This document shows positions 25,133 through 38,379 of a stretch of 64,000 bases of DNA, in pieces. The translations under genes and the position numbers were made by a program. Source of the stretch: Hemiscyllium ocellatum (lineage: Eukaryota); assembly GCF_020745735.1 (NCBI RefSeq), contig NC_083449.1:10638923-10702922 (forward strand), in the 5' to 3' direction. Under the pieces are notes generated by a model, which had not been told where the DNA came from, made no database searches, and was given only the letters and a program-made list of their open reading frames with translations. Numbering within the stretch: the stretch's first letter is position 1; the number at the start of each line of letters is the position of its first letter.

Positions 25133-25170
25133 GGCTCTTTTCAGAGCCACTAAACCATCCAGAGAGAGCG
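25133..25170 (+). terminator. H3 3' stem-loop and purine-rich downstream element
   Basis: GGCTCTTTTCAGAGCC at 25133-25148; AGAGAGAGCG at 25161-25170. Confidence 0.92.
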
Positions 25171-26288
25171 GGAAGCGATAGGGGACCTGAGAGCACGGCA
25201 GTAACTTGCTCTTGCCGCACTATTGCAGTTCTGTTGTTATTAAATACACTTTGAATCTAGCCTAGCCGCGGGGGGGTAGTTGGAAAACACACCGCTTTCA
25301 GTGGCAATGATTAGAACATTGCGATGAACGTTATGTAATTTTTACACAATATATTACGCAGGGAAGTGTTAATTCCGGACGAAATCTTCTCTCCTCATTG
25401 TCTCCCTTATTGTTTCTATCAGCTGTAACTATATGGTCATTGCTGAGAAAGTAGGCGGGGGAAAAATGGCGCCAAATCTTCAACCGTTTTCTTTCAAATT
25501 TGGAAATCCCGCCACGATGTAGATCAGAGAAGGTCGTTTTACAGAAAACAATGCATTCATGCTTAGTCGTTAATTTGCTTTTTGATGAGAAAAGTACAAT
25601 TCACGCATTCTTTCTTTAGGGTAATGAGTCCAAAAGCTTTTTAAATTATTCGAGATTCTCTTCGGAGGAAAGTTTCAGACTCGATGGGCCGAATGCCCTC
25701 ATTCAGTCTTGTCAGGATTTCTTGAATGTTCTTGGCCGTGAGCGCATTAATAACGTTTATTAATAACGCATTGTTAATCCCTTAGATATTATTTTATTAT
25801 CATTCACCATTATTGCAAAAGCTCCACATTAATTATTCCAATACGGCAACTGTTCTGGTTTGACCTCGGTTAATTTTGAAAGCTTCTAGCCGAAGTAGAA
25901 AGCCGTATTTACATCATTCAATCATCATTACCACCCAACAGAACCCGCGTGGGGTTTTGGAAACTGAAAAATCAGTGTGTAATGTAACTACCCGTGGGTC
26001 TGTAAGACAAGGGGCACTTCCTGGAATAATCAAATATTCGAGAGTAAATTGAGCAAATAGCAGCAAACAGAGAAAGAAATTCACTGGTGTTTAATATGCT
26101 CCCAAAAAGCAGGGGGAAGAGAGGGCACGTTCTCTTGAAGCCAGCGCCAAATCATCAACAACTTTCTCTCCCATTGGAAAAGCCCGCCGATTTGCAAGCA
26201 ACGGAGTATGTTTTGCATTGAAAATGAGGACGTTGTTCAGAGGAGAATCCATCAATACTTGTTAATTCGGTTACAAATATATACTTCA

Positions 26289-26488
26289 AACAAAGTTAAA
26301 AATCACACAACACCAGGTTATAATCCAACAGGTTTAATTGGAAGCACTCTAGCTTTCGGAGCGACGCTCCTTCATCAGGTGATTGTCTCTGAAAGCTAGT
26401 GCTTCCAATTAAAGCTGCTGGACTATAACCTGGTGTTGTGTGATCTTTAACTTTGTACACCCCAGTCCAAGACCGGCATCTCCAAACC
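26289..26488. mobile_element. Penelope-terminus-derived fold-back element with hammerhead core (minus strand 26350-26378)
   Basis: Same family as 15361-15564, with inverted arms. Direct repeat ATACTTCA at 26281-26288 and 26489-26496. Confidence 0.8.
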
Positions 26489-27939
26489 ATACTTCAGAAA
26501 ATCTCTCTCGCTCATCCATTTGCCCAACTGCATCTATCTCTTACTACTTTTTTTTTCTTTTCTGGACCTGAAGAACTGGCAGAAACAAAAACAAGGGCCA
26601 AGAACCGCAATATGCAATTAATCTCTTCATTTCACATTTCAAATACATTCCGGTATATTGAATAAACATCACAGACCATTCTTCCGGGTGAGCATAGTAA
26701 TCGTCTTTAGACAATATTTTAATGTCGCCCAGCCTTTGTGCACTCGTTCTCACATCAGCAAAAGCTCTACATTTGCTGTCCCAATCCTGCAACTGCTCTG
26801 GTTTGATCTCGTTTCATTTGGAAAATCTCTCACCGACAGCAGAAAGCCTCATTTATCGCAAGCTGCAATCAGTCAAAACAGCGTCAGGGATCCAGGTTCG
26901 AGTCTGCCAGGCATAGAACTAAAGACATAGACCGCCAATCGTAAAATGCCCCAGCTTTTGGATTAGTGGTGCTGGAAGAGCACAGCAGTTCAGGCAGCAT
27001 CGGGGGAGCAGCAAAACCGTTCAGGCAGCATAGACGGGGCACGTTTCTTTTTTGTTTGTCTGGGGTGATATTCACCGTTGATGTCGCATCTAAATGGTGG
27101 CTCCGGAACTGATCAAGTGTTAAAGTGTAACTTCAAGAAATAGAAACAGCTGAAAAATTGCTCATATGTTCCACAGCGAGGGAAAACGGGACTGAAGACA
27201 CAATACATAAATAATGTGCAACAATAAAAAAAATGCAGTATGAATAGACAGATGCAGAATAAATCTCACTTTCAAACAAAAGAAACTTCAACAATGTCTA
27301 CGTTCAAGTCGAAACCAAATGTCTCAGTGATACCACAGAACCCTAAGCAAGGAAACATCCTACACTGACAGGACCAGTTTTATTTGTAAATAAGCTGATC
27401 TGTCCATTGCTACATGATACTCCGTACAACAGGTTGTGATTGTCATTTTATTCACCTGAATCAGAGAATTGGTACAGCACAGACACAGGCCATTTATCCC
27501 ATTCTATTCTTTAACTGTTCTGCATACAAGTTTCCAGTAATAGCTGGGATTCTGAACTACATACCCGTCTGCTCTCCTCTTCCTGAACCCACAGACGAAG
27601 CAAAAACTCAGAATTCACAAAATGCTTAGAGATTAAATTTAAGACCCCATTTCAACATCCTCATAACTTCTCCAATGGAATAAATCACAGTCACGGAAAA
27701 TATTAGTGCTGCCAGAGAATTAACCCAAATTAGTACGCAAGAGTAGAAACTGATTTGTACAGATTGAGAACGTCAGTCTCACAGTCACACAGCAGAAACA
27801 GACTATGCTGCTCCCATATGTTCACATTGCAGAAGCTGACAGAGAGAATGGTTGTTACATATACATCTCATAGGTAAAAACAGGGCAGGATATATTGTTT
27901 GCCAACACTCCCCATGGTTCTACCAGTAACTGTATATAA

Positions 27940-30670
27940 GATCATCAGGTGCATATGAATAGCTGCTTGAAAGTGGAGTGGCAGTTAGAAAAGGTGTTTG
28001 GCATGCATGTCTCCTTTGATAAGCACACTGGGTTTAGGAGCTGGGACGTCATGTTAGGGCATTACTTAGGGCACTTTTAGAGGACTGCGTACAATTCTGG
28101 TCATGCTACTATAGGAAGGATGTTGTTAATCTTGCGAGGGTGCAAAAAATTGACAGAGATGTTACCACGATTAGAGGGTTTGAATTATCGGGAAAGGCTG
28201 AATAGGCTGGGGCTTTTACCCCTGGAGCATCGGAAGCTGAGGGGAGATTTTTACAGCTGCTTATAAAATCAGGAGGGGCATCGATAGGATGAAAAGCCAA
28301 GGTCTTTTTCTTGGGTGGGGGAGCATAGAGGGCATAGGTTAAGGTGAGAGGGCAAAGATTTAAAAAATAACCTGAGGAAGAACCTTTTCATGCAGGGGGT
28401 GATGTGCATATGGAATGAGCTTCCAGAGGAAGTGATGAAGGTGGGAACAATTACAACATTTAAAAGGAGCCTGGATTGGTAAATGAACAGAAAGGATTTA
28501 AAGGGATATGTGCCAAATTTAGAATCCAGAGAAGGTACATTCCTGTTAGGATGAAAGGAAAGGCTAGTAGGTATAGGGAATGCTGGATGACTAAAGAAAT
28601 TGAGGGTTTGGTTAAGAAAAAGAAGGAAGCATATGTAAGGTATAGACAGGATAAATTGACTGAATCCATGGAAGAGTATAAAGGAAGTAGGAGCATACTT
28701 AAGAGGGAAATCAGGAGGGCAAAAAGGGGACATGAGATAGCTTTGGCAAATAGAATTAAGGAGAATCTAAAGGGTTTTTACAAATATATGAAGGACAAAA
28801 GGTTCAATAGGGAGAGAATAGGGCACCTCAAAGATCACCAAGGTGGCCTTTTTGTGAAGGCGCAGAAAATGGGGGAGATACTAAATGAATAATTTGCATC
28901 AGTATTTACTGTGGAAAAGGATATGGAAGATATAGACTGTAGAGAAATAGATGGTGACATCTTGCAAAATGTCCATATTACAGAGGAGGAAGTGCTGGAT
29001 GTCTTGAAACGTAAAGGTGGATAAATCCCCAGGACCTGATCAGGTGTACCCGACATCTATGTGGGAAACTAGAGAAGTGATTGCTGGGCCTCTTGCTGAG
29101 ATGTTTATATCTTTGATGAGGTGAGGTGCAGGAAAACTGGAGGTTATCAAATGTGGTGCCACTGTTTAAGAAGGGTGATAAGGACAAGCCAGGGAACTAC
29201 AGACCAGTGAGGCTGATGTCGGTGGTGGGCAAGTTGTTGGATGGAATCCTGAGGGATTGGATGTATATGTATTTGGAAAGGCAAGGACTAATTTTGGATA
29301 GTCAACATGGCTTTGTGCGTGGGAAAACATGTCTCACAAACTTGATTGAGTTTTTTGAAGAAGTAACAAAAAAGATTGATGAGGGCAGAGCTGTAGATGT
29401 GATCTCTATGTATTTCATAAGGCATTCGACATGGTTCCCCATGGGAGACTGATTAGCAAGGTTAGATCTCATGGAGTACAGGGAGAACTAGCCATTTGGA
29501 TGCAGAACTGGCTCAAAGGTGGAAGACAGAGGGTGGTGGTGGAGGGCTGTTTTTCAGATTGGAGGCCTGTGACCAATGGAGTGCCACAAGGATTGGTGCT
29601 GGGCCCTCTACTTTTTGTCATTTACATAAATGATTGGGATGCGAGCATAAGAGCTACGGTTAGAAGTTTGCATATGACACCAAAATTGGAGGTGTAGTGG
29701 ACAGCGAAGAACGTTACCTCAGATTACAACAGGATCTTGACCAGATGGGCCAATGGGCTGAAAAGTGCCAGATGGAGTTTAATTCACATACATGCAAGGT
29801 GCTGCATTTTGGGAAAGTGAATCTTAGCAGGACTTATGTACTTAATGTGAAGCTCCGAGGGAGTGTTGCTGAACAAAGAGACTTTGGAGTGCAGGTGCAT
29901 AGTTCTTTGAAAGCAGAGTCACAGATAGATAGGATATTGAAGAAGGCATTTGGTATGTTTTCTATTATTGGTCAGAGTTTTGAGTACATGTTGTGGATGT
30001 ACAGGACATTGGTTAGGCCACTGTTGGAATATTGCATGCAATTCTGGTCTCCTTCCTATCGGAAAGATATTGTGAAACTTGAAAGGGTTCAGAAAAGATC
30101 TACAAGGATGTTGCCAGGGTTGGAGAATTTGAGCTATAGGGAGAAGCTGAACAGGCTGGGGCTGTTTTCCCTGGAGTGTCGGAGGCTGAGTGGTGACAAA
30201 ATTATGACATAATTATGACATGAGTGGTGACATAATTACAAAATTATGAGGGGCATGGATAGGGTAAATAGGCAATTCTTTTCCCTGGGGTCTGGGAGTC
30301 CAGAACCAGGGGCATAGGTTTAGGGTGAGAGGGGAACGATATAAAAGAGACCTATGGGGCAACTTTTTCACACAGAGGGTGGTGTGGGTATGGAATGAGC
30401 TGCCAGAGGAAGTGGTGGAGGCTGGTACAATTGCAACATTTAAAAGGCATTTGGATGGGTATATGAATAGGAAGGGTTTGGAGGGATATGGGCTGGGTGC
30501 TGGCAGGTGGGACTAGATTGGATCGGGATATCTGGTCAGCACGGACGAGTTGGACTGAAAAGTCTGTTTCTATGCTATATATCTCTCTATGACTCCATGC
30601 TAGCAAATGAGATTTGATTAGTTGGGTTATCTGGTCAATGTGCACGAGTTGGATCAAAGGCTGTATGACT
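27940..30670 (+). mobile_element. CR1 LINE fragments: older 3' fragment at about 27940-28500 followed by an RT-region copy at about 28520-30600
   Basis: NYRPV, QHGFVRGK.CLTNL, GVPQG.VLGP, YCMQFWSP, WNELP motifs. Mirror image at 38380-40693. Confidence 0.9.
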
Positions 30671-31354
30671 CGACAACCTGAAAGTTACAGTTTGATAACT
30701 AGACTCTCAGCAAAAACCTGACAGGTGGCATATGATAAATGCAATTACATAGTCAGAAACCAAAGACTGACAGGTACAAATTAATAACTGCACCCTAAAA
30801 TACACAGAGCAAAAGGTGACATGCCATATACTCATACAGCACAGAAAAGCCCTACAGGCACCATGTCTGCAACCAAAATAAGGTTTGCTAATTTCCTGCA
30901 CTTGTCCCAAATCGTTAAATGGTATATTTCAAGTGCTCATCCAAATACTTTTTCAAGGTTAAGCTTTATGCGTTCCACTGTCTTCCCAGGCAGTATCTTC
31001 CAGATTTCCACTACTTGCTGAGTGAAAGAGATTTTCTCTCAATATATTTTTCCCTTACCCTACACCATAGTGAAAATCCTTATTCTTTACCATATCCTAA
31101 CCCAATCACCACTTGTGATTGATCGCTCAAACAAGGGAAACAGCTTCTCTATATTCACCCTCTCCATACGCCTCATAATCTTTCACATCACAATCATGTG
31201 CCACCACCTCAGTCATCTCTGCTCTAGAAAAAGCAATCCAAGCTCATTTAGTCTCTCTTTTTTTGGAAGTAATATTTGTGCTTTGATCCCGATCCCCCAT
31301 GCTGGGTCTGGGGTTAGCACTGCTGCTGTCACTGTCCCCAAACCTGACTGTTCC

Positions 31355-31561
31355 TGATTAGAGGAGCGTATGCGTGAGGCCCTCCCCCAGCGCTGCCATT
31401 GAGGAGCATTTATTCAGTGAGTGCAAGAAGTTTGTTTGAAACAGACCGCAATGGAAAGATCAGCGCCCAGGGAAGCGAGGGAACAGCAGGCTCCTTCCAG
31501 CAGCATAGCGGGATGGGAGCCTGGGACACAGAGGGGGCTCCGAGACCGGGATTGATTCGGG
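31355..31561 (+). other. Candidate promoter + first exon, copy B of 4
   Basis: Inverted homologue of copy A. ATG at 31513; donor GTGAGT at 31562-31567. Confidence 0.55.
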
Positions 31562-32190
31562 GTGAGTTCAGGGAGAACCGGGGACTGTTTGTAAGAGGCC
31601 GAGCGGAGCCGGAACTGGGCCCGGAACTTGGAGTGAGCGGGCTGGGGGAAAATCTTTCTCGGGCTGTGTGTGGGCCTACTGAGGGAGGCAGAGCGAGAAG
31701 AAGCTGCTGTGGGACAGTCTTGTGCTTTTTAATCCCCTAAACACTGATAGGAGTTCTGTTTGGCTTCTGTTTCACGCTGTTTGTTGATATTGGGCGGAGA
31801 ATAATGGAAGCACAGACCACAATTTTGTGACAATCCTATAAAGGACACGGAGTAGAGTGAACAGATTTGAAGTTTCGAGTAAAGCATTAGACATAGCGTC
31901 CCTTGTTCTTTCCTTCAACATTCCGTGTATTGGCAGCTTGCTATTGATGCATTGCAGCTGCTTCAGGAATTCCCGTTCATGGAGGTGAACAGATATTAGT
32001 TCTGGATATCACCCAATTGTCACAAAGTTGCAAATAACAGAAACTGAGACCAGGAGCAACAGAGGGAAAGAGTGGAATCGAAATCTGGTTCTGTTTGAAT
32101 TGCTAGGTTTGAAAATACCCTAATGATTATTAACTGACTGCCACACTGATCAGTTTAATCTTGCCTAACTTGGCTTATGTTGATTTACAG

Positions 32191-32298
32191 CTGAAAAATC
32201 TTCAGTCATCTGCCAAGCAAATATTTGAATGATGAAGACAATGTCATATTTCCTCAGGACAAAGCCAAGTGTGACCAGCTGCTTCTAACAAACAGCAG
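32191..32298 (+). other. Candidate internal exon, copy 3 of 5 (proximal acceptor AG>AA)
   Basis: TGATTTACAG| ends at 32190; CAG|GTATGT at 32298/32299. The frame KYLNDEDNVIFPQDKAKCDQLLLTNS is open. Confidence 0.45.
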
Positions 32299-35200
32299 GT
32301 ATGTCAAAGCAGTGACATCGTTTCCACAGGCACAGAGCAGATTGGATCACACTCAGTTTGAGCTCAATTTCCAGAGATACATCCAAACAAGCAAACAGTC
32401 AGACTCAACTGCGGAAAGACCAGTTTATTTTTTTTTCTCTGCATTCTCCATCGACACCTTCCCGATTTCAATTAATATGATTCACAGGCCATGAACATTC
32501 ACAGCATATTTGAAGATGACTGGTTGTTTAAAATAGGCAAAAGGTGTACTAAATCAAGTTTACATTTTAAATGTCACAAACAGGATAAACAATGACATCG
32601 TGCTTTTACATAGTTTCAACAGCCATATGTGACCAGTAGTGAATCATTACTGAGAACACGCACACATATACAAAGGTACAAATTCAGATTGAACCACCAT
32701 ATCAACACAAGATACAGAGACTAACAGCGATGTACACACATTTACACTGTAGGAAACAAATGAATATATACAACATGTTTACACAAAAATAAGCAACTAA
32801 TCTCATTCAGCCAGCATTCCATTTCAATGAGGGTGTCATGGCAGCAGAGGAGCTGCCAACCCCATCTTGATCTCAACATCATTCTCAACATATTCATCTC
32901 GCAGGGACAGAAATTAAATTTTCACTCTGTCCAGTATTACATTATTTTTATTAAAAAATGTGTAACTTGGTCTCCAAATTCACTTTAATCTTCTACAAAG
33001 AATCCCAAATGTCCCACCCTATGAAATATTGCAAAAAAGCAAGAAAATAGTGTCGTATCATCAATTTAACAATTATAATCAAACAATTACCCTTTAATTC
33101 AACAAAGGAATTTACCCAAATCTTGTAATTTGAAAATTCTCATTCCTTTTGCAGCAAGAGTTCAACCATGTTCAGTAAATTTGCCTGAATGATTTAAATC
33201 TTCTCCACTGTATGACAAAAATACAAGTCTTTCACTTTCCACATTGCCACCATTGAACATCAGGAGAGTACTGCTAATGGCTTGCACCGTCACACCACAG
33301 AGCAGGATTATGTAATATTTACAATAGAATAATGAAGTGAACTAGCCAATTGTCTTTCCTGTAGCAGGAATATTGTGGTCAGTCAGCTACAATATAATTT
33401 ATTTGTTCATTTCTCTTTCCTTGAGACACTACCAAAGGAATGTAACACCTACCTATTTCTCAGCATTATTCACAAAAGTATGTAGCTATGCTGATTAAAA
33501 ACTGATGACTCCTGAAGAACAGCCCATCAGATCATTCCTCCCAGTTCGAGTCTGCACTACAGGAGTTGGAAAACCCTTTAATTTTCTATTACACAATCCA
33601 TGACACAAAACAAATGCACTGAGCAGAATCTGACAGGTACAGAATGATAAGTGCACTCACACATTCACATAGCTGAAATTGACAGGCATAGATTAATACC
33701 TAAATTCAGAGCTACAAAGAAGCTGGTCTATATAGTTTGGTGACTGTACTTATACATTCACAGAGCAGTCAGATTGGTAACTATATTCTGATGTTCACAT
33801 TGCAGAAAAGTGCATGTACAGATTGCTAACTGCATGCTGTAACACATGTAGCAGAAATCGACAAGGAGAAATTGGGAACGATATTTACATATCAGGTGCA
33901 AATTGGTAAGCACTTTCACATATTCACAACACAGAAGCTGATATTGATAAATGCACTCACACATTCGCATGGTAGACACTGACAGTTACAGATTAATAAC
34001 TGCACACTCAAATACACAGAGTTGAAACTGACAGGAACAAATTAGTAAATACATCCTGACATTAACATTGTAGTGACTGACAGAGGAAGTTAGTGACAGA
34101 GAAAACTTGATAACAAATGTATCATATCCAAGAAACAGAAACTGACAGGAACAGATTAACAATAACACTCAGTTTCATATTGCATAAACTGACAAGTAAT
34201 TTTTGCTAACAAATCTCCCAGTTTCACACGGGTATCTGACAAGTATAGATCAATAACAATACTCAGTTTGACAAACAAAAACTGACAACTACACTCTCAC
34301 ATTCAACTCCTATTCAAATAGCAGAAACAGTTACAGCTTGATACCTACTCTCACCCATTCACATTGCGGTAACTGACTGGGACAGATTGATGATGACACT
34401 CACACATTCATATGACAGAAACTAACAGAGGTTCACCTCCATAACTAACATCACATATAGATGTAGGAGACGCTGACAGGTGGAGACTGATAATTATACT
34501 CTCATTCACATTGCAGAAACTGAGATAGATAACTGCGCCCACATATTCACATAGAAACTGACAGGTACAGATTTGATAACCACAGTCACGCATTCAGATT
34601 GCAATAACTGACAGGAACAGATTGACTCTCCCTATGAGATATTCCCCAAAAAAGTAATAAAACAATGCAATTTATTCAAATTATCAATATAGCTCCCTCC
34701 AACATTATAGAATATAATTGATCAGGTCCCAGAATTTGAGACACACTTACATTTTTTTTAGCATCTATTGCATCTCCTCTTTTGGCATGTGGACTGTTTT
34801 TAAGATATCAATATTTATTTCCCAATGTTTCCCAGCCTCCACTTCTATGGCTCCAGGCATAGAACGATAACTGTACTCACACATTCATATTACAAGGAAT
34901 GGCAGATTCAGATTGATAAATGCATTCATACAATGTCAGATCAGAAACTGTTGGGGAGAGATTCATCTAGCAGAAACTTTCAAGTATAGGTCTTTTAGTT
35001 AGAATTAGAAGCCATGCAGTTTTGAAACAGGACCTTCAGCCTGGCAAATCCACACGGACCCTCTGAAGATTGTATCAACCAGAACCATTCCCTTATCACT
35101 CTACATTTACCCCTGACTAGTGCACCGAACCCACACATCCCTCAACACTACGGGCAATTTAGCATGGCCAATTCACCTAACTTCTTCTTTGGACTGTGGG

Positions 35201-35897
35201 AAGAAACCGGGGCACCCAGAGGAAAGCCACACAGAAACTGGGAGAATGTGCAAACTCCACGTAGACAGTCACCTGAGGCGAATACAAGAATATTCACACC
35301 ACAGAAACTGATTGGTACAGATTGATTACAGCACACGTATGTTCACAGAACAAAAACTGACAATTACAGATTGATAACTACATTTTCATATTCACATTGG
35401 AGAAAAGGACAGGAATGATTTAATGCATACATTTGCATTTTTACAAGCAGAAACATTCAGGGATACATCAATAACAGCATTTGTACAATCACATATCTGA
35501 AACTGATAGGTACAGATGGAAAACTAAACTTGCTTATTGACGTAGCAGAAACTGAAACACACAGATTGATACTTGCACTCATACATTCAGATAGCAGAAA
35601 CTGACAGGCACAGATGAATAACTACACTCACACAGCAGAAACTGACAAGAACTTTCCCATCGCATAACCCATCAGGTAAAGATTTATTACTACACTTTCA
35701 AGTTGACAGAGGGAAAATCACACTGTCATGTACAGTATGATAATGATACTCAATAATAACAGAGCAGAATCTCACAGGTACATGTTGGTAACTACACTCT
35801 CTCATTGATCCAGCAGAAATTGACAAATGCAGACTGATAATTACACTGACACATTCACAGCACAAATTGACATGAACAGGTTGATAACTACCCTCAG

Positions 35898-37336
35898 TAG
35901 TGCAGGAGCCTTCTGTGGCTATCCCCATTGCAAACAAGTATGCTGTTTTGGAAAATGTAGGGAGTGATTTGTTCACAGGGGAACATAGCACAAACAGCCA
36001 AGTTTCTGGTATTGAGACTGGCTCTAATGCAATGAGGGGTATATCGGGTTCCAAGAGATCAATTGTGTTAGGGGACTCTCTAGTCTGAGGTACAGACAGA
36101 TTTTTCTGTGGCTAGCAGTGAAAAATCAGAATGGTGTGTTGCTTCCCTGGTGCCAGGATCAAGGATGTCTCAGAGGATGCAGAATGTTCTCAAGGGAGAG
36201 AGAGGCCAGCAGTCGTTCATTGTCCACATTGGAACCAATGACACAAGAAAAGGTTGAGATTCTGAAGGGAGATTACAGAGAGTTAGGCAGGAATTTAAAA
36301 AGGAGATCCTTGAGAGTAGTAATATCTGAATTACTCCCAGTGCTATGAGCTCGTGAAGGCAGTAGTAGGTGGATAGAGCGGATGAATACATGGCTGAGGT
36401 GCTGGTGTACAGGTGAAGGATTCACATTTATGGACCATTGGAATCTCTTTTGGATAGAAGTGACCTGTACAAGAAGGACGGATTGCACCTAAATTGGAAG
36501 GGGACTGATATACTGGCAGGGAAACTTGCTAGAGCTGCTCGAGAGAGTTTAAACTAGTAATATGGTTGAGGGGGGGGGAGCAGAATCCCAGGGAAATAGT
36601 GTGGAAAGAGATCAATCTGAGACTGGCACAGTTGAGAACAGAAGCGAGTCAAACAGTCAGGGACAAGGTAGGACTAATAAATTAAACTGCATTTATTTGA
36701 ATGCAAGGGGCCTAACAGGGTAGGCAGATGAACTCAGGGTATGGAGTACAAGTATACAAATGTAGGGAAATAGATGGTGACACCTTGAAAAATGTCCATA
36801 TTACAGAGGAGGAAGTGCTGGATGCCTTGATCTGCATAAAGGTGGATAAATCCCAAGGACCGGATCAGGTATTCCCCAGAACTCTGTGGGAAACTAGAGA
36901 AGTGATTGCTGGGCCTCTTGCTTAGATATTTGTGTCATCAATAGTCACAGGTGAGGTGCTGGAAGACTGGAGGTTGGCTAACTTGCTACCACTGTTGAAG
37001 AAGGGTGGTAAGGACAAGCCAGGGAACTATAGACGAATGAGCCTGACGTCGGTGGTGGGCAAGTTGTTGGAAGGAATCCTAAGGGACAGGATGTACATAT
37101 ATTTGGAAAGGCAAGGATTGATTAGGGATAGTCAACATTTTTTGTGCGTGGCAAATCATGTCTCACAAACCTGATTGAGTTTTTTGAAGAAGAAACAAAG
37201 AGGATTGGTGAAGGCAGAGTGGTAGATGTGATCAATATGGTCTTCAGTCAGGCGTTTGTCAAGGTTCTCCATTGGAGACTGGTGAGCAAATTTAGATCTC
37301 ATGTAATACAGGGAGAACTAGCCATTTGGATACAGA
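35898..37336 (+). mobile_element. CR1 LINE remnant: ORF1 SGNH/GDSL esterase region, then internally deleted ORF2
   Basis: IVLGDSLV, CCFPGARIKD, VHIGTND and DGLHLNWKG motifs at 36060-36505. KSQGPD, NYR.MSLT and GKSCLTNL after 36760. Confidence 0.88.
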
Positions 37337-37640
37337 TTCCCCCCCAGCCCGCTCAGTCCAAGTTCCGGGACCAGTTCCTGCTCCGCTCGGCCTCTTACAA
37401 ACAGCACCCGGTCCTCCCTGAACTCACCCCGAATCAATCCCGGTCTCGGAGCCCCCCTCTGTGTCCCAGGCTCCTATCCCGATGTGCTGCTGGAAGGAGC
37501 CTGCTGTTCCTTTGCTTCCCTGGGCGCTGATCTCTCCATTGCGGTTTGTTTCAAACAAACCTCTTGCACTCACTGAGTAAATGCTCCTCAATGACAGCGC
37601 TGGGAGAGGGTCTCACGCATGCGCTCCTCTACTCAGGGAC
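37337..37640 (-). pseudogene. Candidate promoter + first exon, copy C of 4; truncated and mutated
   Basis: Donor retained (37422-37427). The MGAW ATG is changed to ATA (37475-37477) and the G-run has one extra base. Downstream sequence is replaced by LINE at 37336. Confidence 0.5.
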
Positions 37641-38379
37641 AGTCAGCGCTGCTTCAGAATGCAGGAATAAATAATACACATTAAACTGACAGTGACAGCA
37701 GCAGCGCTAAACTCAGACCCAGAATGGGGGATTAGGATCAAAGTAGAAATATTACTTCCATAAAGCGAGAGATTAAATAAGCTTGGAGTGTTTTCTCTAG
37801 AGCAGAGAAAACTGAGGTGGGGCCTCATGATTGTGGTGTAAAAGATTGAGGCGTATGGTTAGGGTGAATAAACAGAAGCTGCTTCCCTTGTTTGAGCGAT
37901 CAATCACAAGAGGTGATTGGGTTAGGATATGGTAAGGGTAAGGACTCTCACTATAGTGTAGGGTAAGGGGTAAATATATTGAGGGAATTTCAGAAAAACC
38001 TTATTCACTCAGCAAGAAGTGGAAATCTGGAACATACTGCCTGGGAAGACAGTGGAGGTCAAAAACCTTAACTTGGAAAAGGTATTTGGATGAGCACTTG
38101 AAATGTCATACCATTTAAGGATATGGGACAAGTGCAGGAAATTAGCAAACCTTATTTTGGTTGCAGACATGATGCCTGAAGGGCATTTCTGTGCTGTATG
38201 AGTATATCCATGTCAGCTTTTGCTCTGTGTATCTCAGAGTGCAGTTATTAATTTTTACCTGTCAGTCTCTGATTTATGACTATTTAATTGCATTTATCAT
38301 ATGCCATCTGTCAAGTTTTTGCTATGAATATATAAGAGTCTAGTTATCAACCTGTAACTTTCAGGTTGTAGAGTCATAC

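Larger units (their letters stand above)
31355..35897. repeat. Right copy of the ~5 kb inverted duplication (partner 11960-17090); includes the 49-bp repeat block at about 33610-35897 and a minus-strand SINE at about 34998-35280
   Basis: Reverse-complement collinearity. Lacks the two Penelope-derived insertions present in the left copy. Confidence 0.92.

Noticed and set aside
26885-26910. GGTTCGAGTC B-box/T-loop-like motif suggesting a tRNA gene
   Set aside because: No A box, acceptor stem or cloverleaf can be built. The tRNA-like heads elsewhere belong to SINEs.
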